Origin: Mobula hypostoma
Taxonomy: Eukaryota
Reading direction: 5' to 3'
NCBI RefSeq assembly: GCF_963921235.1
Contig: NC_086108.1
Coordinates: 84,880,001 to 84,944,000 of the forward strand
Length of the DNA: 64,000 bases
Part shown: one piece after another, positions 50,839 to 64,000 of the stretch
Numbering within the stretch: position 1 is the stretch's first letter
Layout of the letters: every line of letters starts with the position of its first letter
Made by a program: the position numbers and the translations under genes
The notes under the pieces: generated by a model
Told to the model about the DNA's origin: nothing
Databases searched by the model: none
What the model saw: the letters and a program-made list of their open reading frames with translations, nothing else

Positions 50839-51774
50839 TTTCATTAAAGTTGTTGGCGTGTAATGCACTTTTTTTTGAAGCATCTACTGACAGGCAGTCA
50901 TCCATCTCTCAATAAAACTAAAACACAGATTTTGAATAGAAATGTATTAAAAGATGGGAAAGTTTCTGCTGTCGTGAAACAAGGATGTCTGCAGAAATAT
51001 CAACTCACATAACATTCCTGTATTTAATACTCAAAGCATAGATGTCCAAACAGTAGATGGTCCAGCAATTTAGGTAGTGTCATCACTATGCTTTACAATA
51101 TCTTAATGACAACCCCAAATATTTAGTTTCTATAGGTTAGTAACCAGAGATTACAACGAATTTATTTGTGGTACGTTTCACTAAATGGTTTAGAAACACA
51201 GATGAAGATTTAAATGCTCCTGCACTATTATACAGTGCTTTCTGCATGCCATTAAGGGAGCAAATCTGCGCACAGACCTCCAGGTATATATATATATATA
51301 TCCTCACCAGTACTCTGAACAATTGTAACAATATTTTCCATATTTTTAAACTCCAACCCTTTTCCAATAAAAGCCAATGTTCCCACAGACAATGACTGAG
51401 ACTGAATGTGAAACCCCTCCTCCCACCCCCCCAACCAGCTCATGAAGTCCCGGGATCGGAGGTCCACGGAAGTCTGAATATCAAGGCCCAAAAGGTCAAA
51501 GTTCTGTGATCATTGAGTTCTGGGGTTAATACCTAGAGGTCCGCATAGTTGAATCAAGAAGTCGAAGACTAAAGTAACTGAATCTGGAGTTTGAGGCCCA
51601 AAGGTTGAACTCAGTCAACTCATCTTGGTCAGAGGTCTGCAAGTCTGGCCAGGGACTGGGGGTTAGACATCTGCAAGTCTGAGAGTTCAGGGCCGAGGAC
51701 TGGAGGTCAGAGGCCCAAAAGTGGCCTACCCTGGGTGGGGGTAAGAATAGGATGACATGGCTGAGGACCTGCTG

Positions 51775-54485
51775 CAGGGTGCAGGGTTTCAGATTTCTTT
51801 ATCATTGGGATCTCCTCTGGGGAAGGTATGACTGTACAAAACAAACATATTATATCTGAATCCAAGCAGGACCAATATCTAGGTTTGTTAGAGCTGTTGG
51901 GGAGGATATAAACTAATCTGGCAAGAGGATGAGAATCAGAGTGATAGAGCTGAGGATGGAGCAGCTGGTATCCACCTAAATGCAGTGTGCAGTAAGACTG
52001 CCAGGAAGGACAAGCAGGCAATAGGGCAAATTTGCAATCAGTGGGACAAGTTGGAAAATCAAAAAGGGTGACAAATAAAAGACTGAAGATGTTAGATTAG
52101 AATACAGTATAGAGAACAAGGAAGGTGATCTTGTAGCGCAATTAGATTGGTAAGCATGATGTTGTGGGCATCACTGAGTTGTGGCTGAAAGAAGATCATA
52201 ATATGGAGCTTAACATCCAAGGATACACATTGTTATCAAAAGGACAGGCAGGTAGGCAGAGGGGGTGAGTGGCTCTGTTGGTAAAAAACTGAAATCAAAT
52301 CCTAGAAAAAGTTGACATAGCTTGGGAAGATGTAGCATCATTGTGGATAGAATTAAGAAACTGCAGGATAAAAAAAAACGCTGAATGGAGTTAAATACAG
52401 GCCTCCGAACAGTATGATGATGTGGGCAACAAATTACAATGGAAGATAGAAAATGTATGTCAAAATCAAGTTAGTGTTGGATACAAAGAGAGTTAATTTG
52501 TAAAACGCCAATGAGATGGGCTTTTAAGAGTAACTTGTGGTTGGGCACACTAGGGGAAAGGTGATTCTGGTTAGGGTGTTGTGTAATGAACTGGATTTGA
52601 TTAAAGAGCTTAAGGTAAAGGAACCCAATGGAGACAGTGGTCATAATATGACAGACTTCACCCTGCAATCTGTGAGGAAGAAGCTAAAGTCAGATATATC
52701 AGTATTACAGTAGAGTAAAGGGAATTAAAGAGGCTTGAGAGAGGAGCAGCCTAAAGTTGATTGGAATGGGACACTAGCAGGGGTGATGGCAGAACAGCAA
52801 TGGCTGGCGATTCTGGGAGCAATTTGGAAGGCGGAGAATAGATAGACCCCAAAGTAGTAGTATTCTAAAGGTTGGATAACACAACCACGTTTGACAAACA
52901 AAGTCAAAAACAATATAAAAGCAAAAGAGAGGACATACAATAGAGGAAAAATTTGTGGAAAGTTAGAGGGAAGTTTCTAAAGATAACAGAAGACAACTAA
53001 AAAGCCACAAGAAGAGAAAAGATTAAATATGAAGGTAAGCTTGCCAATAATATGAAAGGGGATACAAAGATTTTTTAGATCTATTAACAGTAAAAAGGAG
53101 GAGAGAGTAGATATAAAACTGCCGGAAATTGATACTGGAGAGGTAGTAACGGAGGACACAGAAACGTGGATGAACAGAATAACTACATTGAATCTGTCTT
53201 CCCTGTGGAAAACACTAGCAATATGCCTGAAGTTCGAGAGTGTAAAGGGGCAGAAGAGAGTGCAAATTGACATTACTAGGGAGAAGGTACTTGGGAAGCT
53301 GAAAGGTCTGAAGGTAGGTAAGTCACCTGGATCAAATGGACTACATACCAGGGTTGTGAAAGAGATAGCTAAGAGATTGTGGCGACATTAGTAATGATCT
53401 GTCAAGAATCAATAAATTCTGCCAAGGTTCTGGAGGACTAGAAAATTGCAAATGTGACACCACTCTTCAAGAAGGGAGAGAGGCAGAAGAAAGAAAATTT
53501 TAGGCCAGTTAGCTTGACCTCAGTGGTTGGGAAGATGTTAGAATCAATTGTTACTGAAACCACATGATAAAATAGGCTAAAGTCAGCATGGTTTCCTTAA
53601 GGAAAAATCTTGCCTGACAAATCTGCTGGGAATTCTTTAATGAAATAACAAGCAGGGTAGTCAAACAAAGGAGAATCAGTGGATGCTATACACTTGGATT
53701 TTCAGGCAGCCTTTGACATGATGCCACACATAAGGCTGCTTAACAAGTTAAGAGCCCATGGTATTACAGGAAAGATACTAGCATGGATAGAGATGGATAG
53801 AGGATTGGCTGCCAGTGACTAGTGGTTTCCATAGAGGTCGGTGTTGGGACCGCTTTTTTTTTTACGATATATGTCAATTAAATGGATGACTGGAACATAA
53901 AAGCAAGGATGTAACATTGAGGCTTTATAAGGCATTAGAGAGGCCTCACTTGGACTACTGCGAGCAGTTTTAGTCACTTAGCTAAGAAAGGAGGTAACGA
54001 CCTTGGAGAGAGTTCAGAGGAGGTTCACAGAAATGATTCCAGGAATGAACAGGTTATCTATGAGGAGCATTGCTGGTTCTCAGCCTGTGCTCACTGGAAT
54101 TTAGAAGAATAAGGTGGGTGTCTCATTGAAACCTATCGAATGTTAAAAGGCCTAGATACAGTGGATATGGACAGTATGTTTCCAATTGTGGGGGAGGCTA
54201 GGACCAGAAAGCACAGCCTCAGAATAGAGCTATATCCATTTAAAAGAGAGATAATAAGGAATTTCCTTAGTAAGAGAGTGGTGAATCTGTGGAATTCATT
54301 GAACAGGTGGCTGTGGAGGCCAGGCCATTGGGTGAATTAGAGGCGCAGGTTGATATTTTCTTGATTAGTCAGAGCTTGAACAGTTATGGGGAGAAGGTGT
54401 TGCCAGGATGAAATGGATCAGCCTTGATGAAATGGTGGAGCAGACTCAATAGGCCGAATGGCCTACTTGTGTTCCTATCTCTTAT
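51775..54485 (+). mobile_element. Long disrupted CR1 LINE (ORF1 end, endonuclease, RT with internal deletion, 3' UTR)
   Basis: Endonuclease remnants (VGITELWL, YRPPN) and RT remnants (KSPGSNGLH, RPVSLTSVVGKMLE, SQHGF). Jump at about 53890. CR1 3' UTR. Confidence 0.93.
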
Positions 54486-57029
54486 TTGGTGTGTGTGTCT
54501 GTGTGTGTACGCCCCCAGCACATTCTCAGGTTGTGTTGGTTTCTAATGCACATAACGTATTTCACTGTATGTTCCGATGTACGTGTGATAAATAAATGAC
54601 TGAGTCTGTTTGCTATCTCAAGATGAAAATGTTAATTTAGTTGGTTAATTTGTTGAAGCAGATGCTCTTGCTTTCTACAGACAATTGATAGAAGTGACCT
54701 GAACTACTCAAGATAATTATTTATAATCACACACACACTGTACCTAACCTCAGCTACACATATTCATGGTGGTTTACTTAATGAACAAAATGTGGATAGA
54801 TCTATAAAAATTAATCATTTAAATGCATGAGAATTCAGCAATTCTTAAAACAATAGTATGCTTTCACTGCATTACAACTGCAATTAGTAACTACTTACAT
54901 CAATGATTTTGTCTGCTCTCTGAGCACATTTGTTGTCGCTTCCTAGCCTAGCTATCCAGCATTGTTTGCTATTTTCAAAGTGACTTGAGAAAAGAGAGGA
55001 CAGCCAAGCTCTTCTACCTATATGAAGTTCATTCCCACATCCCGGTCTACTGAAGGACTGCAATCTAGTGGGAAAAGTTCATAAAAGATTAACAAAATCT
55101 TTAAAAATGTACTCTGGGATTTAAATATTTTCTCAGTCAAGTGTACATTTTTAATGACTGGGCTTAGCGTTTCACACCCATTGTCGTTTGGAACAAGTCA
55201 GTTCAAAGGTAGAGTAATCCACATCACCATGGATTGGGAGTCAATTTTAAGCAAGACCAAGTAGTAAGAGTCAATAACCTTCCCTAAAAGACATTAGCAA
55301 ATTAGATAGGTTTTATAACAATAGCCATTAATGATATTACCTTTTCTAATGTCAGTTTATTTAACTAGCTGAAATATTCACCATATGCTGCATGGGATTT
55401 TCATTCATATCCAAAAAATCTTAAATTCAGCCCTTCAGATTATTAACTAAAGTAATACAAACTCCGCACTACAGATCTCTGTGTACGTTGGCAAGTGCAT
55501 ATCACACAATGGTTTTAAATCAAGAATATTTCATGCCCAAATATTACGAGAAAAAAATCCATAGAGTATCAATTCTACTCTTCATTGAGCTAGAGTACAT
55601 TATAACAAAGTAGGTTAGATCTACTGGAATCTGATTGACTTGACTGCTTTTCATAATGTTTTATGTGAAACATTAATCTCAATATGAAGTCTGGAATTAA
55701 TATAGAAAAATTGACTTGAATATTACTCAACAAAATCTAGTAACAGTAGAATGAAAGTAATTCATGAATGGAAAGGACTGATACAGTTGCCACCCTGAAA
55801 TTATTTTCTGCCACAAATGCTGTGAAGAGCCACGTCCGTGATGCCGCATTAACCTCATAGCACAGCTGCTTGTATCTGCAGTTGCAACTTCAGGAGATAA
55901 ATTTGCAGCTTCTGGACTGGTATGCACATGCAAACCCATATTAAGTCTTGTTGACAAGTAGTACTTTGTTGGAATTCATTAGTTCATTCTAGTAGACATT
56001 TCCTGCAATACACAGATTCATTTTATATTGACTTTTCCATGCTAGGCCTTGTCCCTGACATACAATAAGTACTTCCCCTTTTCATTATTTATCACTGAAA
56101 AACCCCTTGGACTTTACTGATAAAATACTGGAAGCACATAAAAACAACACAATCCAAATAGCTACAATCCCCAAATGTAGAAACATTCATATTCTGAATT
56201 CTGTTAAGCCAATTAATTTCATGTTGCAATAGTTAATTCAAGATCAGAGACTTTCACCCTCAAACCTGCTGGTTTCTGAAATCTATACAGATTTAGTCTG
56301 CATCTTTGTGAAAACATTTTATCGGAACGATCTCTTGGATACGTTTTCAAAATTTATGCAACAGCAGGTGCATTGTGTAAACTTGCAAATATTATTTCAA
56401 AAGCAACAGTGCACACCTTTAATAGAATAAATATTGCCCTACACGAAAGGTAAACCGGTCACATGGAATTAATTGCATTCAATAGTCTAACTGATAATTA
56501 TTTCAAAGTCATGAGCGTGATGGTATATTGGGTGGTAACACGCAATATTTTTGAGTGTTATGCCTGTACAGACACGAGTATGGGTGTATTTTTTCTTGCA
56601 GTCCTATGTATTTTTACAAAACATCTGAGTCACAACTGTTTTATGTATGACGCACAAGTTTTTACATAAAATGATTGTATCTGTAAATGTGTTTTGCCTA
56701 CCTGGTTCCAGAGAAATAAATCTTTCTAAATGACTGAAAGGGAACTTGGAAACCAAAGGATGAGGAACCTGTAGCAGCACTAACAACAAACAGAACAAGC
56801 CTAATAAAAAAGAAGGAACTTCAGAATTAATATCCATATTGACACTGGGATAAGCGATGAAGAATGTGAGTGCACAGCAGAAGCATTAGTTTGAAAAGTG
56901 AATCCATTTCATTTTCTAAAATACTAGAACCAAAACGGACACAGATATTTATAATACTGCAACCAAAATCGTCAATGAATCAAAAAACAGGAGAAAGGAC
57001 TTAAACCAATTTGGTGAAACGGTATCATA

Positions 57030-57180
57030 GTAAAAGGTGGAGAAACTCAAGTCAGGCAGCGTCTATGGAGGGAAATAGACCACTGACATGTTGGGTTGAG
57101 ACCCATCATTGGAATCAGAAAGAAAGAAAGATGTAAAATCATGGGGAAGGGGTGGAGCATGAGCTTGCGGGCATACAATG
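57030..57180 (-). mobile_element. Degenerate Penelope pLTR fragment
   Basis: gtcaggcagcgtctatggagggaaat...ttgggttgagaccc resembles the other pLTR copies. Confidence 0.6.
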
Positions 57181-57204
57181 ACACACGGAAAGATTTTGAA
57201 CCAG

Positions 57205-57390
57205 AAGATCATTAGATTTCTGAATGAACAATACCTCAGTAGTTTTCCTCTTTTTGCACTCCTTATTTAATTTTTTTAAACTTCAAATTGTGATTGACAG
57301 GTTTTATATGTATTGCAACGCACTGCTGCCGCAAAACAACAAATGCTATGACATATGCCAGTGACATTAAACTTCATTATGATTCTATGA
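57205..57390 (+). mobile_element. Rex1-like 3' UTR fragment
   Basis: Similar to 18600-18818 (tgtattgca...ctgctgccgcaaaacaacaaat...gattct). Confidence 0.6.
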
Positions 57391-59023
57391 GAATTTTCCA
57401 TTTGTAAGACTGCTAATGTTACCTTAGGAAATTATTTACTTTTTTTCAACCATGTAAACACAAAAGTGCCAAAACATATACAAGAAAATCAATGAAGGAT
57501 AAAACAAGTAAATCCCCTGCAGTGGCTAAAAGGTGCAGATTAATCAAAGAGAATTAGAAACATCCATTACTGATGAATACAAGAGATCTTTATTTTAAGA
57601 TTGATGACAACAAAAGATACTTGCCTCTTTTAATGTAACAAACAATAGTGAAATACTGACAATGGAGTTCTATTTGAGCAGCATGAGTAGTTATTTCTAT
57701 CTCCCAGGCAGTCTACAGATTTTTTTGGATGCCATAGCAACAAAAGAAAAGCAAGGCAAGCTAAAACACTCATACACAACTGAAGAGGCAGTGGTAGGAT
57801 GGACCTTTAGAAAACAAAACCAGAAGTGAGGTGGGCGGGGGGAGAGAGAGAAGAGTGAGAACTTCAATTTGGGATGAAAGACTTGAATTTACATAGCATC
57901 TTCACGTTCTTAAGGTGCCCCAAAGTTCACCACAGCCACTGAAACAGTCACTTTGGAGAATAGATAAAGGTGAATGTAGAAATTTCAAGACATATCTAAT
58001 GATATAAATGTCCAGGCTGCCGTTAGTGTTGGTCCATTCAAGGGTGTCAACAAAAGTATTCGATAAAATAACTGCTCATGTTCTTTTTATTGACTGAAAA
58101 AGACAACGGACATTTCAACTGGAAGAGGGTGCAGTTACAAATGTATTATTCATAGCAACAGTATAAACAACCACACAGATATAGCTCTGAAGAATGTCAA
58201 TTGCATTCAGTCTCTCCCCAAGAAATGAAGAATAAACTCAATCCTACAGTGCTCCACAATGCAAGTTCTATACCTTTATCTATACTTAATGCAATGACAA
58301 GCAACATCTGCCTCCATTTTCATGTTATAAACCAATTTTCAGAACGGAGTCCAGATCCTGGTGTTGAAATTTAACATTTCAAGTTTGGGATTACATTTTT
58401 TTTTATTGAATGGGAGTATAAAATATATGAAGGCAATTGCTGGTGAAATTAAGTTATACCTAGTGAATGGCCTGCTCCTATAATACCAAAACATTTAATG
58501 GGGGAAGCTTTAATTGTGGAACACAATGCAGCTTGACAAATTTGAAAGGTTTTAGTTAGGTACCTAAATAAAAGTTTGAAAAGGAAACAGGAATAATATA
58601 TTTATCACATGAATGGTAATTATAAAGCAAGTTAGCAGTGGGTTTTGCCTTTAATTTTAGTCCACGGCGTTCAGCCAAGCAGTAGAGTACACGTCAAAGA
58701 GAAAATTCTGGAAGGAATTACAAAGTTAGTTAAAAACTAACATCAAAAGATCTTGCTTAACTTCATTTCTGCTTGCTGTCTAACGCTGTGTCCTCTGGTC
58801 CCAGACCCTCCCACCATAGGAAACATCCTCTCCCCGTCCACTCGGTATCAAGGTCTATCATGTATCAGAAGTAATTTGTAGATCAGACAGCAACAGTAGA
58901 GTGGAGACTCTTCCTTTTCTCATCAGGCAGAAGATACAAAGGCCTGAAAGCAGGTACTACCAGGCTCAAGGATGAAATGATAAAATGATAAAATGGACTC
59001 TTGACTTCACAATCCATCTTTTT

Positions 59024-60390
59024 ACAATAGACAATAGGTGCGGAGTAGGCCATTCAGCCCTTCGAGCCAGCACTGCCATTCACTGTGATCATGGCTGATC
59101 ATCCACAATCAGTACCCCGTTCCTGCCTTCTCCCCATATCCCTTGACTCCACTATCTTTAAGAGCTCTATCCAACTCTTTCTTGAAAGAATCCAGAGAAT
59201 TGGCCTCCACTGCCTTCTGAGGCAGAGCATTCCACAGATTCACAACTGTCTGGGTGAAAAAGTTTTTCCTCAACTCCGTTCTAAATGGCCTACCCCTTAT
59301 TCTCAGACTGTGGCCTCTGGTTCTGGACTCCTCCAACATCGGGCACATGTTTCCTGTCTCTAGTGTGTCCAATCCCTTAATAATCTTATATGTTTCAATC
59401 AGATCCCCTCCCATCCTTCTAAATTCCAGTGTATACAAGCCCAGTTGCTCCAATCTTTCAACATATGACAGTCCCGCCATCCCAGGAATTAACCTCGTGA
59501 ACCGATGCTGCACTCCCTCAATAGCAAGAATGTCCTTCCTCAAATTTGGAGACCAAAACTGCACACAATACTCCAGGTGTGGTCTCACCAGGGCCCTGTA
59601 CAACTGCAGGAGGACCTCTTTGCTCCCATACTCAACTTCCCTAGTTATGAGGGCCAACATGCCATTAACTTTCTTCACTGCCTGCTGTATCTGCATGCTT
59701 ACTTTCAGTGACTGATGAACACGGACACCTAGATCTCGTTGTACTTCCCCTTTTCCTAACTTGACACCATTCAGATAGTAATCTGCCTTCCTGTTCTTGC
59801 AACCAAAATGGATAACCTCACATTTATCCACATTAAACTGCATCTGCCCACTCCCCCAACCTGTCCAAGTCACCCTGCATTCTCATAACATCCTCCTTAC
59901 ATTTCACACTGCCACCCAGCTTTGTGTCACCTGCAAATTTGCTAATGTCACTTTTAATCCCTTCATCTAAATCATTCATGTATATTGTAAATAGCTGCGG
60001 TCCCAGCACCGAGCCTTGCGGTACCCCACTAGTCACTGCCTGCCATTCTGAAAGGGACCCGTTAATCCCTACTCTTTTCCTGTCTGCCAACTAATTTTCT
60101 ATCTTTGTCAGTACCCTATCCCCAATACCATGTTCTCCAATTTTGTCCACTAATCTCCTATGTGGGACCGTATGAAAGGTTTTCTGAAAGTCCAGGTACA
60201 CTACATCCACTGGCTCTCCCTTGTCCATTTTCAGAGTTACATCCTCAAAAAATTCCAGAAGATTAATCAAGCATGATTTCCCCTTCATAAATCCAAGCCG
60301 ACTCAGACCAATCCTGTTACTGCTATCCAAATGTGCCACTAATTCATCTTTTATAATTGACTCCAGCATCTTCCCCACCGCTGATGTCAG
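59024..60390 (-). mobile_element. Young 5'-truncated CR1 LINE (RT nearly intact)
   Basis: ORFs 60091..60378, 59833..60090 and 59109..59873 (YLDFQK, SGVPQGSVLGP, KFAGDTKL, RPHLEYCVQFWSP). (ctattgt) tail. Confidence 0.97.
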
Positions 60391-60517
60391 TCTTGCACCT
60401 TGCTGCCTATCTGCACTGCACTTTCTCTATAGCTGTTTTATTTTATTCTGTTATTGTTTTATCTTATACTACCTCAATGCACTGTGTAATGAATTGATCT
60501 TTATGATCAATACGATC

Positions 60518-60965
60518 ATAAGATATAGGAGCAGAATTGGGCCATTTAGCCCATTGAGTCTGCTCTGCCATCCCCTCATCTCTGATCCATTTTTCCCCTA
60601 AGCCCCAATCTTCTGCCTCCCACACCCTCCACCCTGTGTCCCTTCATGCCCTGACCCATCAAGAATCTATATATACATAAATACCTGGCCCCCACAGCTG
60701 CCTATGGGAACAAATTCCACAGATTCACCATTCTCTGGCTCAAAAAATCCCCCCTTGTCTCCTTTATAAAAGGATGCCCTCTAATCTGAGGCTGTCCCCT
60801 CTGGTCCTTGACTCTCCCACCATAGGAAACATCCTCCCCACATCCATTCTATCAAGGCCTTTCATCGCTCCATAGGTTTCAAACAGGTCACTCCTCATTC
60901 TTCATATGACAAGCTGTTTAATCCGGGAATCATTTTCGTGAACCTTCTTTGAACCCTGTCAAGTG
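60518..60965 (-). mobile_element. CR1 LINE 3' fragment
   Basis: cataagatataggagcagaattggccatt tail and RT C-terminus remnant. Confidence 0.85.
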
Positions 60966-62258
60966 CCAACACAACCTTTTCACTGTACCTGGATAAATGT
61001 GACAATAATAATAATTCCTCTGGAAAATTAATGCTGCATTATAGTGCGTGCTTAGAATTTCTCCTCCCACTCCAGGTGTGGTCTGACATGTCTTTTTTCC
61101 CCCTCCAGACATAAAGGAGAGAATTTCAATTGCCTTTTTAATTATTCTCTGTGCCACCCCAGTCATGACTTATGACTTATGCACATGATTTTTTTTTAGG
61201 AACTTCATTGCTTCAAATTTTTATCCACTATGTTCTACTTTTATGGTTAAAAACTCAACAATAAAAATGGAAGAAAATAACAAAACACAAGCAGGAGTAG
61301 GCACAGTGAGAAAATGTGCAGCTCTCAAGTTGTACAGAAGGGGGAAAGGAGGGGAGAACAAAGGCTATGTCTGTAATGCAGTCAAGACCAAGAGAGACTG
61401 AAGCAAGTGTCAACTTTTACAGCTACAACAGGGTGGTGAAGGCTCGTTGACTGCACCAAATCCTTTTCAAAGTTAAGCAGATGGGAGATGAATGATGAAA
61501 GTTGAGAGAAAAAGGGCTATAACGGTGAGATACAGTGTACAGGATCCAGTGGGATTTTAAAATAAAGGAGAACACTGGAAATAAATTCAGCTAGCATGTG
61601 TGGACAGTAAAATAAACTGAGTTAACATTATAGGTCAATATCAACTGACATGAATTGCTTTAATGATACTTCCTGAGATTAGTATTCATCCATACCAACT
61701 TCCCTAAAACAATGAAACTGAGAAAAAGGAATACTCAAATATAAGCTAAGAGTGTCACCTATTACAGCCATGTTTCTAATATTTGTCTTACTTTTTCATT
61801 AAACCACAATTCTAGTCATTTAATGACTTCACAGAAAGCCATATGTCCAAGTCTGAAGTTGCATCAAATGGAATAAACAAGCATGGAAACACCAAATTAG
61901 TAAGATTTATTACTCGTTTAAGAAAACACACAAATCATGTTGAATCTCTGGAGCTCTCTGCTCAGAGGTGGGCCGGGGGATTGTGGTGAGTGGCAGGGAG
62001 GCTAAATTTCTGGAAATAAGATAGGGAAGTACATCAGCTATGATCATAATGAGAGGCTAAGTGACTTATTCTTTCTTGCCTTCTTGGAATTCAATATTCA
62101 TTTTCAACTTTAACCAAAAAAAAAGGATGGAATGGAGTTGATGAAAATCTAGAGACAATGAAGCCCAAAATTACTTTGGAATTCATGATCATAGATCATC
62201 AAAATGCTTAAAATAGTACAACGAATAATTAAAATTACTATTGAAACACTTAGTTTGC

Positions 62259-64000
62259 CAGTGCCTTGAAAAAGTATCCAGTACCCACAACAATTTTCAC
62301 AGTTCACTGTCTCATTTTCTAAATTCAAAAATATTTTGAAGTAGGATTTTTTGAGCTAATTCACAAAACACTGTGCACCATGTCAAGTCAAAAGAAAAAT
62401 ATCCAACACCTATCAACAAATTACTAAAAATTTAAAACAAAAATTGTGAGGCTTAAAAAGAATTCATCCTCTTTGTAATTTCCTCAGGTGCAATACACTG
62501 GTATTCCCTTACCAACTCACCAAATTTGTTGATGTAGAAAATTGAAGGATCACCTGTTTCCAATGAGTTGATAAGAATAAATCACCCTCTCTCTGAGTTC
62601 CAACAGTGCGGTAGATTTTCAACAGACCAAACCAAGATGAAGACAAAAGAGCATTCAAGACTGGTCAGGGAAATGATAATAGAGAAGCACAAATCTAGGG
62701 AAGGGCACAAGACCACCTCATAGGCATTGAACATACCTCAGAGTTCAAAGCAGTTCACTGGGAAAAAATATGAAACCACAGCCACACTGTCTAGGTTAGG
62801 CCACCTCTCTACACTTAGTCTCCAGAGAAGAATGGCACTTTTAAAAGAGGCCACTGTGATGCCAACAGTCATTCTTATGAGCTGCAGAAGTCAGTCGCTA
62901 CAACTGGCGATAAAGTTCATGGCTCCACAATCTCCAAGGCCTTGCACAAAGAGTATTTTTTTAATTAAATACAATCATGAACAATAGCCAGATCAGAAAT
63001 GCTGATCAAGTCAACTAGTTCAATCAGATGGTTCACTGCTGCTCAGTGATAGAACACAAAAAAATCCTATGTACAATTAAGAAACATTTAAGAATAGTAG
63101 AAATACTGGAGTCATGATGATCATGATGAAGTCTGCTGGCGAGAGACATTTATACACGTGCTGTCCTCCATAATATAAAAAGATTATGGATAAAGGATAA
63201 AGTTGCAGGGTGACAAAACGTGGCAGGAGCACTTGGAATTGAAAACTAATCCCTACTGGGAGAAAACAGCACCTGTTCTTTCCGCACTGTTCTCCAGCAG
63301 TTTAAGGAATAAGTCCAGTATGTATGGAAGAGTGGCAAGGAAGAATCCCTGGCAAAAAAAATACATCCTTGCCCATAAAGACTTTGCAAAGCATCACTTA
63401 GAAGATACTCTGAAGATGTGGAAGGAGATCTAGAGGTCGGATGAGAGTAAAGTGTAAATTTTTGGCCTGAACACAAAACGCTATGTGGCGTAAATACAAT
63501 ACGAGGGGTGATTGATAACTTCGTGGCCTAAGGTAGAAGGAGTCAATTTCAGAAAACCTAGCACATTTATTTTTCAACATAGTTCCCTCCCACATGTACA
63601 CACTTAGTCCAGCGGTCGTGGAGCATATGATCCCTTCTTTGTAGAAGTGGTTCACAGTAGGGTTGATTGATAATTTCGTGGCCTAAGGTAGAAGAAGATG
63701 AGTTATACAGCTCTTGTTACATGCACGTGCAGCTCAACTCCTTGAATGAAAATGCAGAAAGTTTGAAGTTTCTCCTCATTTCCTTCTACTTTAGGTCACA
63801 AACTTATCAATCACCCTTGTTGTGGTCCACTTTCTGGAGTTCCAAGACGCCGACTTCTACAAAGAAGAGATCCGTATGCTCCACGACCGCTGGACTAAGT
63901 GTGTAAATGTAGGAAAAATAAATGTGCGAGGTTTTCTCAGATCGACTCCTTCTACCTTAGGCCATGAACTTATCAATGACCCCTCGTACTATGCATCTAC
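62259..64000 (+). mobile_element. Tc1-like transposon with interrupted transposase, running off the window
   Basis: Left TIR cagtgccttgaaaaagtat. Transposase MKTKEHSRLVREMIIEKHKS from 62637, resuming MYGRVARKNP...FAKHHLED...SDESK...FGLNTKRYVWRK. Confidence 0.9.
63502..63986. mobile_element. Mariner-type MITE inserted in the Tc1 transposase
   Basis: TA TSD (63500-63501, 63987-63988). TIRs cgaggggtgattgataacttcgtggcctaaggtagaagg and its reverse complement. A second internal TIR pair is present. Confidence 0.92.

Larger units (their letters stand above)
1..64000 (-). other. PTPRF: Part of a LAR-family receptor protein tyrosine phosphatase gene (Ig2 region; gene extends beyond both window edges)
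   Basis: Five minus-strand exons in the expected order (Ig2a, meA3, meA6, Ig2b, meB). The Ig1 exon and the Ig3 exon (VRRV..PRFSIPP) were not found in the window. PTPRF is favoured over PTPRD by meB=DQRE and by PHGFP and IENSEE. Confidence 0.75.

Noticed and set aside
28617..64000. Search for the upstream Ig1 exon of the phosphatase gene
   Set aside because: No matching peptide with splice sites was found by eye. The region is treated as one intron longer than 35 kb.
1..64000. CRISPR array or prokaryotic defence system; remaining short ORFs in the track
   Set aside because: No regularly spaced repeats or operons. The other ORFs are chance frames in AT-rich intron or transposon fragments.

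Overview
AT-rich vertebrate genomic DNA, most likely from a cartilaginous fish such as a ray (inferred from the repeat mix of CR1, Penelope-like, Rex1, RTE, Tc1/mariner and tRNA-SINEs). The window lies inside one minus-strand gene for a LAR-family (type IIa) receptor protein tyrosine phosphatase, most likely PTPRF/LAR, with PTPRD as the alternative. Five coding exons can be read with their splice sites: two constitutive Ig2 exons (189 nt and 111 nt) and three microexons that the ORF track misses (meA3, 9 nt, ESF; meA6, 18 nt, GGTPIR; meB, 12 nt, DQRE). All five are phase 1-1, and SRRM4-, Rbfox- and QKI-type motifs lie near the microexons. The rest is intron filled with retro- and DNA transposons. 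The main non-coding signals are: (i) many Penelope-derived minimal hammerhead ribozyme motifs; (ii) a ~0.9 kb nested double palindrome at 17.6-18.5 kb with four hammerheads, two of them intact and in tandem 261 nt apart like a retrozyme; (iii) candidate stop-containing cryptic exons just downstream of the Ig2 exon. There are no prokaryotic features and no CRISPR array.
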